Below, in pieces: positions 24,631 to 37,832 of a stretch of DNA of 64,000 nucleotides (position 1 is its first letter; the number at the start of each line of letters is the position of its first letter). The notes beneath the pieces are model-generated. The model was given only the letters and a program-made list of their open reading frames with translations, was not told where the DNA came from and did no database searches. The DNA comes from Bugula neritina (taxonomy: Eukaryota > Animalia > Bryozoa), in NCBI GenBank assembly GCA_964035545.1, contig OZ037767.1, positions 12,224,581 to 12,288,580 on the forward strand, written 5' to 3'. The translations under genes and the position numbers were made by a program.

Positions 24631-26509
24631 AACTTGGGTCGTAATGGTGGCACTGCACTGGTGGTAATAATTGCAAAATTATAGCAGTTGTAATCCCAAC
24701 TTGTTAATCTAATAAACATTGACCAACACCTGAGCAAGGAAAACTAATATGAGATGTTTCAAACTGCTCTACAAGTACTTTTATGTATTGTACACATACA
24801 AGGGAAGTTGAACTGAAAACTCAAGACCAGTATGATACAAGGTCTAAAATAACTGCAAAGCAAAACAGGGATGACACGGTGAACAAAAAGGATAAAATAT
24901 CTGTAATGATTATAACATGGAGGTATGCTTAGGTTTTAGAAGGTCTTTTAAATCTAACATTTATTGGTGGTTCTCAAAATTGGCATGTTCAACCCAAGAT
25001 TATGATATGAGGCCTAGAACATGTTATCTTGTACAATTCTGGCTTCAGCTGCAGACACTGGCTCGCAGCTCAACTGTCTGCAGCTGAATTGTAACTTTGA
25101 GTTGGTTTCAAACTGAAGAATGCAGTGTTTATTTGAGTGTCAATAAAATAATGAGAACTAAAGAGTCATTTTCATCAATTTATGTGAACATAGTATTCCT
25201 TTATAGTGCCACAAGTTAATTGAATAGTTATCTGAAGCAGTCCCATTACAAACACATGGTATGGAAATTGAACAAACCTTAAAGTAAACAGCACACTTAG
25301 TTATGAGATGGATACAGTCTGTATTACAAATTTGATTGCATAAATCCAAGATACTCAAAGTAAAGTTCATGCTTGCTTGACAAAAATCTTTGGCAAGGCA
25401 TATTTTAATCATTACATCACAATAATGGATCTAGCTACCCTTAGATTTTATAGGCTTGCTTAGGTCTGATGACTTGCTTTATGTGCCAAGTATGTTTATG
25501 GCTAGCTTCTGTACACTGAGACAGTAATTAGGTCAATTGCAATTGTGGCCATGTGCATACTGAATTATAGAAACTGACGCACCACTTTCTATATGTTTCA
25601 ACCTGGCATAAAACCCACAAGAGAGTATCTTACCAGCAGCAAAATTCTGTGCCAATAAGCTAACACCCTAAAGACTTGGCTCAATATTTTGGCAAGCTAT
25701 GGCCAGAGTTATTGAAAGGCATATGAAAGGCAGATAGTAAATATTTACAGTTTCATCCATGTTGCATTCCAAACAAATATTTTATCAATTAATAAAAACC
25801 TAAAAGGAAAATATAAAAAGATGAGCTATGATGTATTAGTTTGAGAATGTGTATAAAAACGCTGTTGGTTCAAACACTATTACTGGGAAAATTAGTGGTC
25901 AATAAATGATTGGTCTTTGCATGTGATAATTTTCAACCTGTTATGTCCAAAATATAAACTTTTTACCCGGCAATCTTAAGGCAATAGCGGAAATTATGTC
26001 ATTTTAGTTTGCTTTCAACTTTTACACTTTGAGTAGAGCTTGAAGCATTTTGGCCTAATAATAAGAGTAGTAGGAATGCATCCACATGTGAGTTATTATA
26101 GAAAATGATATGTTATAGGAGTATCTGCAGCACAATGCTGGGAAAATATTGGAATATAACGTTATTTTAGGCATTGTAAACAAATTCATCATCATACATT
26201 ACAAAACATAATGTAGCTGATACAGAATGTAGTTAATATTAGTATGATTGTAACTTTGCATTAGTAGAGTAGTAACGTAATGTCAAACTCACATCAATAC
26301 TAAGTTCAATAGTATAACTATAACTGTTCAGATATAATAATGAACAGAACTCTTAGATTGATTTAAAGTTGGAATCCTAGTAATATTTTTGGAACACTAG
26401 TAAGTCTATGCAGAAAACTTAGCTTTTAAAGTACAGAATCAATTATGACCAATAAGTATTTTTCAATAGAACTATAGGTGATGAAATAATCATATTGCAA
26501 ATAGTCATT

Positions 26510-27268
26510 CACCGGCTTCCATGAGATTGATCTGAGATCGATCTCACCGAGAAATGTGCTCAGATCAATCGGTTTTTCATGACTATGTCAGATCGATCTT
26601 GCGTGAATAAATTTTTTAAAGATAATTAGTTCACCCACCTGAGTGATTAAAGCTACTGCGAAAAGAAAACAAGATTGTTGCAGTCTAGAAATTAACACCA
26701 GCTATAAACTACGCACAGCAAAGCTTTTATCGTAAAGTAATTTGGACAATTTAAAATTATTAATCTTAATTTTTTAGCTTGACAGCTTATATAAAATTAA
26801 TAGATGTCTTGCAGACTATTCATAAACTTACAGGATTATTAGGCTTGAAATCACGCAGCAAATAACGAATGAAAGTAAGATTTACTAGTCACTTAAATTC
26901 AATTTAAATGCTCCTATTTTTTGTACCTTCTACCGTCCATAATTTCATATAATTGAATTTACTTAATAATTGAACTAAAAGTCAAAGTTATGGCATCTGA
27001 AAAAGTGGCTCTGGTAATTATTAAGTACTTTGCTTAGCAATTAACAATAAGTTATCACTTTTATTAGCAGACAACATTTTAGCGAGCAGGCATTTTTCTA
27101 CTTCTCAGATCGATCTGATGTCTTTCCATGGTCTTATTGCCTTGAGATCGATCTCAGTTTGATCTCCACAGACCGACCAGCTCAGATCGATGGAGATCAA
27201 TCTTTGCCGTCTTTCCATAGATCGCTCTCGCTGAGATTGATCTCAGATCGATCCATGGAAAGCCAGTA
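26510..27268. mobile_element. Non-autonomous DNA transposon (CMC/CACTA-Chapaev-like) with GATC-rich subterminal repeats
   Basis: Imperfect ~40-bp TIRs: left CACCGGCTTCCATGAGATTGATCTGAGATCGATCTC, right (reverse complement) TACTGGCTTTCCATGGATCGATCTGAGATCAATCTC. Flanked by ATT/ATT. Superfamily assignment is tentative. Confidence 0.7.
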
Positions 27269-28480
27269 ATTAGTAGCTTATATAGCTACAATACTATAGT
27301 ACAACATATGATTATATTAAATTCATATATAATGAAAGTAATGACAAATGACAACAGTCTGAGCCATGGCCATTAATATTAAAGTATAATTTATACTAAA
27401 TATTTCGTTATCAGTATCACACTTGCAAAAATTACTTACTGAATAAAGATATAATTATAGATAAATATAACTAGTATTTAGTCTATTAGATTTACTATTG
27501 TAGTTGGTATTATATTTTGCAATTTAGTATAATTATATATTGCTATTAGTATTACCACTAATAATTACTATTAAAGGCTGTTAAAACTTAACTAAAAACT
27601 GAGTCAAACCCAAGTGTATTTTTCTACAAGCCAACTATTGTAATTCAACTTGCTAATTCAATTTAGATAGGTAAAAAGTTACATTGTCACTGTCTAAACT
27701 AGAGTCATTCTATTTTAACTAACAGTAACAGTAAGCCATAAACTTGTGTAACTTCAATTTGAAACTTGGTAAAAAGCTACTATTGATACTGATAGTTATA
27801 CTGTGATAGTGATAGCCACCTATGATTATGATAGTTATACCAATAGACATTGCTGAGTAGTACTATTAGTATTGCCATTGGGCTTGGCATTGCCTACAAC
27901 ATTCAATGGCAGTAGCCAGTGTGAGTATCGGTATGAAATTATGTTAGACTTAGTGTAATGAATATGAGTATCACTATCTCTATCAGCCATCAGGCTAAGC
28001 CTAAGGGCTAGGGCTTAAAGTTAATTTTAGTAGTTAATGTTGTTACTCATTTAGCAATTATCACTATTAGTATTAGTATTACTGTATTACTATTGAGTAT
28101 TGTCTATTACAGTATTAGTATTACTATTACTTATTAGTACTACTATTTCTGAGTATTAGACTTACTTTTAATATAATAATAATAGTAACGGCAATACTAG
28201 TACTGCTATTCACAACAATTATCACTATCACTATGAGTATGAGTATCACTATCACAGTATCAGTATGAGTATGACTATCATCACTATGAGTATGACTATC
28301 ACTATGAGTATGACTATGAGTATCTGAGTATCAGTATGAGTATGAGTGTGACTATTGCAATTGGGAAAATGATATTAGATTTAAAAATTAGGGTAATTAT
28401 TAAAAGCTCAAAGTAATTTAGCTAATAAGTCAACTAGTTATTACAACAAAAGAATGTTTACTGCCAAGTATCACACTCAC

Positions 28481-28850
28481 AGCAAAGAGTGAAAATTCAG
28501 GAGACACTAGTCACTAGTACTTTGTATCTGCATGGAGAACGACTATAGATCTTAACTTGGTAACTAAAGCTACCGTGCTTCGATCTAGGCCTTGTCGGGT
28601 TAAGGTAAAAACACACTCAGCGACAATCACGTTAACATTTGCTCTATTGGGCTCGGTGGGCAATTTTTTCCTTTGCTTAGAAAGCTTGACTGTTCGGCCG
28701 CTACACGGTTGTATTTTATCGGCAGACTTTCTGAAACTAACAGCGAAATAAAGTTGAACTAAGCCTTGGCCGATTTAGCGTTTGTACGCCTATTTTCGCG
28801 AGTCAAATTATTCAACGCGTAGAAAAGGATTTTCAAACACCCCTCCCTTA
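28481..28850 (-). promoter_or_regulatory. Putative promoter / non-coding first exon of CEP170
   Basis: Local CpG cluster in CpG-poor DNA; minus-strand donor GCT|GTGAGT at 28480; the coding exon has its own acceptor (TGTAG at 23454) upstream of the ATG, so a 5'UTR exon is needed. Confidence 0.4.
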
Positions 28851-30734
28851 AAATTGAGTTATGTACTCTTTGATAAAAAAGAAAATAACTCTACAGACTA
28901 CAATGAGCTTCTTATAGAATCTAGAATTTAGATTTTAGATGATTCGGGTTCCTTGATAAAAAATATTATCCTGCTCCAGTGTTATAAATAATGTTTCTGG
29001 TGGTAGGATCTTTTAGGTTGTGTCAAAATAGAAATAATACCTATCTTGGTATTAACGGCCCTTAAGTTCTTCTTCATTTTAAAAGCTAGTGTTTGTTCTA
29101 TAACACTATTTATGCTGTTTGTATAAATTAGTATTTTATTTTCCTTTTCAATTTAATTTATGCTTTTATTTTTGCTTAAGGTGTTGGCAGCTTTCTATTG
29201 TGAAGAGCAAAATTCAATTTACAGACCGCAAAACCTTCTGATCAATTATCATTTATCCACTCGCGTAATACAAATTTATATTAGTAAAGCAACATATTTT
29301 AATATAATCTGAGATAAAAATGCATATATTTAGAGCCTAAACCAAATGCTATTACAAGCTTACACAGCGCCACAACCAGTGTATAAGGAAGTAATTCGAC
29401 ATTAGTAAGCTTTTATTATTTTACATATGCTACCAAGTCATTTAAGACAATTAGCATTATAAAGTACCAATAATGCAAAAGGGAAATTGAAGCAAGTATG
29501 CATGATCAAGGGATAAAAACTGTAGCAAGAAAGAAGAAGACGTGTCGCATGCATCGTACAGGCATATATTGATGGCAATAACCTCATAATAAATGGAAGA
29601 CCAACAATAGCAGTTGTTGACAAGAACTTCAATTTTTATAAATTAATTTCAATTAAAATTAGTGAATAGTTACATGATTATCATTACATATTTAGACTTA
29701 AGATAATGATTAATTTGTTAGCAAAACTCCGCATTAGTTTCTAGGATTATATTTGAGGTTTCTATGGTTACAATATGAAACCCTCATAGTGATTGCTTTG
29801 TAACAGGATAGTATGGCCCAAGTTAAGTCACTTTTGGCTAAATGTGGGGTGAGTGACCATGTTCAGTTGCTTGTAACATGTAACATATGTGTGGGTATGG
29901 CTCCTAATGTTACGTAACTATCTGCCACAACAACTACCATCACCAATAGTTTAGTGAGTGTGTAGCTATTCCACCAGTCAGCTCGTGAGTACACATCTCA
30001 TAGCATAGTTAGGTGCAGAAATGTAGATTCTTCTTAGCCTAAACTTCTAAGTTCTAGATTAGCTTTTGATTTTGGAAAGAGATTGCTTTAATTCACAGAC
30101 TGCAACTTATTGTGCTGCAAATATTTGCTATAACTTGTTTTATTCAAAATCCCTGCACCTCTGCAAGTAGACAATTTTGGTAGCAAAAACGTATTCTCCT
30201 AATGTCTTTTAAATAAGTGTAGAAACCACCAATGTATGAGGATAGAAGTTACTAATATATACAAGGATAAAAGTTACTAAAGTATGAGTATAGTAGTTAC
30301 TAATGTGTGAATGATTTTGAAAAATTTGAAATGTTAAGGTTCTCATTTTAACTAAACTTTTTAAAATCTAACTCCACTATTACAATATGTTGAAAAAATA
30401 AAGTAAAAGCTGCAGCCAAAGTTGCTTTATTTATAAAATATATAAATAACTTTTATTCTTTTAAATATTTTGTATTCTATGCTAATTTCCTTAAACTAAA
30501 ATTTATCATTATATTTTTGATAAGATGTTTTTACAGCACACATAAATATTGTGTGACAACTTCAAATTAACTTTATATGCACGATTTGTATGACTATATT
30601 CAAATTACTTTAATTGGGCTGTCAATATGGTAAATAATTTTTATAGCTGTAAAAACTTCTGTTATTGAATAATAACTATATACCTACATATTACAGGTTA
30701 TCCAGTATTTAGTCTGCTTGTTGAGTCACAATTT

Positions 30735-33700
30735 ATGTGGGCGTTTGTGATACCCTTTCTACTATGTTTGGTTTCAATAAGACTCTGGACTAAACTTGTT
30801 GAGCAATCTGCAGACTCCAACTGCAAGCTTCCACTTCCTCCTGGAAGTTTTGGACTACCATTCATTGGTGAATCCGTGGAGCTGGCATGGCGGGTCTGCA
30901 ACACAATATTTGTTTTGTAGTGCTTAATTGTTAGACAGAATACTGGTTTTATAGCGTTTAGTTGGTAAACAAAATATCTGTTTAGTAGTGTTTAATTGGG
31001 CTTCATAACATGCAAACTATATGCACACAAATATGTTCATGCCAATGTTTTATATTTATAACTAATTTATTGAATAGATTGTAATTGGTTTGATACTTTA
31101 ATGTTTTGCTAACTAATGACCTAAAATTAGAATATTTTTAGTGCTTAGTTTTAATAAACTATACCAGTTTTATAGTTTCTGTTCAAAATCAAACAACTTT
31201 AAAGCATCATGGTCATTCATTAAGTTTTGTTTTTCAAATTCATAAACTCAGTCATACATAACGGTTGAGATACTCATTGCAGTCTGCACTTCATGTTACA
31301 GGGCCGACCTTTTTTCCAGGAAAGAAGATCAGTTTTTGGAAAAATATATAAAACTCATCTAATGGGCCGGCCAACTATAATGGTTTGTGGATTCAATAAT
31401 ATTAAGAAGGTAAAAACACTGTTTATAGCTACAGTATTGGTTTACTTGACTGTTTTTGCAAGAATTTCATTTATTTTTACTTTTCTTAAAGTGTGGTTTT
31501 TCTGAATAAATGCTAAACCACAGCTTTTTAATATAGTTTATAGCTCTAAAAGTAATGAATATAGTTTAGATGTACTTTTCAAAACTTTAATTGGCCTATT
31601 AGTTTTATAACAAATTATAATTATTTTAGAAGTCAACCAATCATAATCGAGGTATTTTCACATTTATTGTATCAACAAATCTTCATGCAAATACTTGGCT
31701 ATTAAAATGACTCTTGAAAATAGATCATCCTAAACTCTTTGTGTCTCATTTCCAATTCAGAGTTCCATCGTTCCCTTTTATGATGGCTCTTGTAATGACT
31801 TGTGTGTTCTTGAACTAAGCCAAGGCAGCAATTTTGGTGGCTGGCATATGTCTCGAGATGTAGTTGTAATGGCTGCAGTAGTCAATAGTTAGATTAGTCT
31901 TCAGAAAAAGATTAAAATTAATAGTAGCTTTGAGCAAAAGTTTGTTTCTATTATATGCATATAAATATTGCTTGACACTTTTAGATCTTGAAGTCTGAAG
32001 AGGTGAACGTAAGTGCTCAATGGCCGCAGTCAGCTAAGATGCTGATTGGACAGTCTTCCTTAATGGCTGCTTCTGGTGAAATCCATCACATGCGGAGACA
32101 GTGTGTCTTATCAGCGGCAACCAAGCCTGTAATATCTGGTATGTAGCAGAGGTTAAGGGTTATTAATAAAACACAGTAGTATTTGCATTATATTGGATAA
32201 GTGCATTTGCAGTTTGCACTGAATCTATTTCACGCATATAGCGAACAAGCCAGCTCATAGCTAATAAGTATATACTTGTAATATACTTATATGAACATTA
32301 TATTATTGTTGTTATATCATTATAATCACATTGCAATTATTATACTATGGTATCTATTGCTATATGTGACACAATACGTGTGACAAAACTTTATCTTTCT
32401 GCTCTATAATTAAAAAAAAGTTTAAGAATAAAGACAGTTACTAGGAACTGACCAAATTGAATTATTTGTTTAATTTTTGCTAACAAAAAGATAAAATTAC
32501 AGCAGAAATTATATGCGCAAAAATTATCAAGTGCTTATTTAAAACAAATATGTCAATTGCATGCCCTATCACAACTACTCATGCAAACCCACAACAAGCT
32601 AGGTGGGAAATCATGGCATAGATGCCTGTAAAATCAAACTGGTTAAGATATTACACTTTGAAGTGCAGGCTACTAAACCAGAAAGTAAACTTTATTAATA
32701 CGTACAACTTTTTAATACATGATTGTTAAAGAGTTGTCTGCCCTGTTAGCATTTAGCTGATTCATGACATCCTTTTAGCATTAGGCAGTCATTAATAGTA
32801 GTGTAATAAATAATTGTAGAGCTCTTTCCTACAATTCAAGAAGTTATAAAAAAGCATTTATGTAAGTGGGTGACTCAGAATACGATACTGGGTGAGAGTG
32901 AGAGCAGGTACCTAGCAACAGACCTGGCAACACAATGTTTACTTGGATACACTTACAACAACCGGGAAGTTTACCAAATTGCTGAGGCCATGAGCACTAT
33001 GGAACAGAGTTTCTTTACTTTTCCTTGTAACTTACCAGGCTCTGCTTTGCGCAAGGTGCGTTTGCCCGTTAATCGTTTGCATGTGAGTTGTTTGCATGAG
33101 AGAGTAGGCTATAGCCTAAAGCTGTATGATGTAACTCAGTTGAGAAGGTTATACCTTGATGATATCGTTATATTATTTAAAATTTTCAACCAAATCCTTG
33201 GTATAAACATAAAATGTAAAACTAAAAATATGCAATGTGAAGCAATAAAATGATACAATAAATGCACTATATTCTGCATAATAGTGCTACAAATCTTAGT
33301 TATAGCACAGCTACAAAAAAGTATAGCATTTCAAATACTTATAATTGAACGCTAGGCGATGGAGAGTAGGGAGGTTGTTGGGAAACTGCTGGACAAGAGT
33401 ATCGAGTACCAGAAAGCACGGGAAACAGGAAGTAGTGTGCTAAAGGCAATGTTGCAGAATAGAGGATCCAACCAACTAACTATGAGTGAAATTAAAGATG
33501 TGAGCATAGAAATGGTCTTCTGCGCTATTCAAGGTCAGTACTATATTGTATGGCTTATTTATCTTAATTCCATATGCTGAAAGTAGTTCTGCATGTAAGT
33601 ACTGTATATGGAGAATATGGTTTAATGGTATATAGCAAATTAAAGATGCAAGTATAATATACTTGTCTAAATTCAAATATATATGTTCAAGTTTGTTAAC

Positions 33701-36700
33701 ATTTCAAATAAAATTATTTAAAAGTGGTATATAATACTTTTCTATAAGTGTTTAAATCGATTTATTTACAAAAGTTAAAAATTGTGGTTCAGAGTTGAAA
33801 AAATATAAACTGGGTAAACTATCTAACAAAATAAAATGATATATAAATGACTTTCAGGTATGTCTAAGGCTATCTGTACTCTGCTACTAGAGTTAGCTCG
33901 TCACCATCATGTCACTGAGAAAGCTTGTCAGGAACTGTTTCACCTAAATCTGCTGGAGACTCAGACAGTTGGAGATCTAACCGTCAACAAAATGGCTGAC
34001 CTAAATTTTATCAAAAGAATAGTAAAGGAAGTGCTTCGAATGGCTCCGCCAATAGGAAATGGTTATCGGCATGTTCTTAGAACTATGGACATAGATGCAA
34101 GTATCTATTATAAAGTTATCTCCACTACACATAAACTAGTGCTATAGAGATGATAAAAGTTTATGAAAAATTACCAAGTTCAATTATAAGCTTTTTATTG
34201 AATAAATGTGAAAATGCTGATAGTAAATTAGTGTTAGTACAAAACTAGAGGTTGTAATAGTATAATAATATGTTATACAGGGCTATCAAATACCTAAAGG
34301 GTGGGCAGTTCTGTATAGTATTAGAGACCAGCAGAAAAGTGGAACCAGTTGTGAAAAGTTTGACCCTGACAGGTGGTTGCCTCACAGAGATGTTACAAAA
34401 GTGGACCAGTACATGTATACGCCGTTTGGTGGCCCTGGCCAGAGGTCATGTGTAGGTAAGACCAGCTATAAACAATATTGATAGCTAAGAGAAAATGTAG
34501 AAAATGAAATGCAGTTTTAACTCAAACAGAGTAGGAATTGGATGCAAGGGAGGAACTTTAACTTAGACGCATTAATTTACTTTTGGAGTGGACACCAAAC
34601 TGCTTAAATTGAAGTTTCATGGTAATATACACAAAAGTTCCAATGAAAAGCATTTCGATTGCTTTGTAATTAGTAAAATTTCTTATGGCAAATGCTTGAT
34701 GCAATAACAGATTTATTGTATATTACTGTAAAGGTAGTGAACACAAGAAGTGTAACAAAAAACGAAGCAATGGTGAAATATTCTTGTCATTAAATATAAT
34801 ATGAAGAGTGTGTGTAGTTTGGGCTCATGACACTCTAGAGTATAGACTCTAGACTCTAGAGTGTCATGGCTCCAGCAAGAAGATCAGTTACCCTTTTTGG
34901 CTCTTGAGTGGAGTTGTCTTCCCACTTTTCAAAAAACTGGATGCAGCTATTTGCTTTTTTCCTGGCTTTGTCAATATTGGTAGAGCTAAAGAGCACCAAC
35001 TCAATCTGTAGCATTCGCCTATTGTAGCTACAAGGCATAGGAGTAGTTTCAGAGCATGAGTAAACACTATTAAGCGTAGGTAAGCATGGGTAAGCATTAG
35101 TAAGCATTAGTAAGCATGGGTAAGCATAAGTAGGCATGGGTAAGTATTAGTAAGCATGAGTAAGCATAAGTAAGCATTAGCAAGCATGGGTAAGCATTAG
35201 TGATGAGAAGAGAGTAAAAACTGTGGAGCCACAGTCTACATATGTAAAGTCCATCCACTTAGTAAAAGTCAGTTTGGTACTATGTGCTCCTTATAAAATA
35301 TGTTCTAGTGGATACGTTAGAGCGCAGAAGATGTATGTGTACTGTACTTGCTTTGCAGGTGGTTAATAGAGTTGAGTTGAAGAGACTAAAATTGCAAATT
35401 GACCATGATCTTAATGTTTGATTTTCTATATCTATTAGGGACATAAATATTTAGAGGCCAGTTGAGGATCAGGGAGTTCACTAATAATTGTGTATTAATA
35501 TTAAGGCTATGGCTTTTCTTGATACTTCAATGACTGCATATTCAAGGGGCTTTTGACATTTTAAAGCATAAGCATGGAAATTGAAGATGATCACCGATAA
35601 CTGTGTTTTTGCTGTAGCACACCCCATACACACGCAAATGTTATTTTCTAGCACTTTGTGTTGAAAATCTATCTTGCGCACCTCTCAAGAGGCCCTGGTC
35701 AGTCTTATAAAAGACAAATATTTACCATCATTCTCTAAAGAGCTTCCACTCTGCAGCAGCAAGTAGCACAATGGCTTCCTAACGTATATGGGTTAATGTT
35801 GCTCTAATATCCCGTCAACATACACAATGATGCTGAACTAATTGCTATAATTTTATAAAAATTGTTAAACAATAACATTCATCACTTTCACAATTCTCAA
35901 TAGCAGCACTTCTCTCCTGGCCCTTACTGCTATTAACTTCTGTTGATTTTCAAAGTGAGTTGGTGTTTTCTACATACCTCCTATTGTTTGAAAGGCTCAT
36001 CATCTACAGTCCATATTACGATTGCTGTTTAGCAACTTATTATTCCACATCATAAACAATATATGCAAGTGCCATCATGCATTGCACAACCTATTAATTT
36101 ACTATAAACATTCAAAAGTGATACTATGACCTATTGCAAGACACAGCCATTTGAATGCTGCTATCACATTTTTGCAGTAAACTTTAATGAGAACCCTGAA
36201 TAATTATCTATGAAGTAAATAGCATAATCATAACACACCTATTGACTCATAGACTTGTAAATGTATGGGTGAGATTAACTGCAATTAGTATACGTACAAT
36301 GTCACCGCATGAAAAGATATAATTGCATATTGCACACTTTTAGCAGCAATTCCCCCTTTTACTTCCTCTACGTCTTTTCATGTCATTGTCAAATGTTGAC
36401 AGTACCTTCTTTCTATACTTTTAATGCTCTGCTATGGCCACATGATTTAATTAAAAACAACTTAAAATCTACTACAAAATATTTTATTAGGAAAAATATG
36501 ACTCTTATGTTTACTAAGAATCACTACAGACCCTGCCAGCCTAATTTATGCCTTGATATGATACCACAGTAATATATTGCTTGAAGTCAAATACTGTCTT
36601 CATGTAAATAATAATTAAAATAAATTATAATTTACTCATCAACACTTAGCAAATTTATTACTAGAATACATATCAGATACATGGGTGCCGGGTGCTTGCA

Positions 36701-37832
36701 GGTGCCCAAAACCTACATAATACGCATAGCCTATGCTTATTGACTAATTTACCATTCTCCATCTGGTTTTTTAAACTATAAACGTCTAAATTGACTTAAA
36801 TTTTTTAAACTTACAGAGTTTAGAGAAGTGTTTATATAACTAGCCTAAGCTGTTAGTTAACAACATAGCTGTGCTAGAATGAACTATAATTATGTAGTTG
36901 AATAGTTGGCAAAGGAAAATGTTATTGACAGTTGGTGAGTGAACTGTTTATGTAACTGCATGATGTACAAGCAGCTGCTTTCATGTGAAGCACTGATGTG
37001 TGGAATAAACACTACAGACCCTTGCTTTGTTTGTCAGGATCCTGACCCCCTTCAAGGTTTCATACGAATTGAAATTAAAAACAAGCTGGTCTACTAGATA
37101 GCAGAAAGGGATATATGTGATATTCAATAGTTACCTGGTTGATGTAATTTAAGCATCTAGTAATACAGTTCATGGAAGAACTGCTAGAGAAAAATCAAGT
37201 GATAAACTCAACAAAATTTAACCTGTTTTGCTAAAGCAGCTGTATAATAACCAATCACTCATTAGCTTACAAAATTTACTTTCTAAATATTTTAGTTATA
37301 ACACAATCTGTAAAAACTGACCTCCCCTTTCCCATAACCAGTCTCCTGGATTAGAATAAAGGTAATAGTGATGTACTCTTTTGTGTCCAGGTAAAGCAAC
37401 AGAACTGATCAAGATACAAACAACTTTTATATAATATTAGTTAAATTTTTTTTAGTTTTTTCTAGTAATTGCTAAAATATATAATGCAATATGCAACTTC
37501 ATAAAATATACAACTATAAAACATATGTGTATCAAATATACAACTATATAACAAATAAAACTGTATAAAATATTATACAACTATGTAACATAGCATTGCA
37601 CACATATTATGCTTACACATGCTGTAACTATAACTCATGTCATATTACAGGTGAGAGTTTTGCAGTGTCTTGTCTGGAGATTCTCACAACTGAGTCTATA
37701 AGGAACTGTCAGTGGAATCTGATGGAGTCAAACCCTGCTATGAAATACTTTTCTACAATAGAAGCATTGGATGGGCTGCCACTTGTTGTTTCTGAAGCTT
37801 CACCTTTCAGGCAGCGAAGGATTACCCTGTAA
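30735..37832 (+). CDS. CYP26: Cytochrome P450, CYP26-like, about 476 aa
   Basis: Exons 30735-30893, 31302-31409, 31985-32138, 32820-33055, 33356-33533, 33858-34096, 34281-34455, 37651-37832. Has an N-terminal TM anchor, KLPLPPGSFGLPFIGES, FGKIYKTHLMGRPT, ExxR (KEVLR), GYQIPKGWAVLYSIRD, FDPDRW and heme motif PFGGPGQRSCVG. The frame is open back to an acceptor at 30696, so the true start may lie in an upstream exon. Confidence 0.88.
35070..35200. repeat. 10-bp tandem repeat (TAAGCATGGG/TAAGCATTAG)
   Basis: Tandem periodicity in CYP intron 7. Confidence 0.88.

Noticed and set aside
29700-30700. DR5 retinoic-acid response element expected upstream of CYP26
   Set aside because: I found no convincing RGKTCA-n5-RGKTCA by eye; a motif scan is needed.
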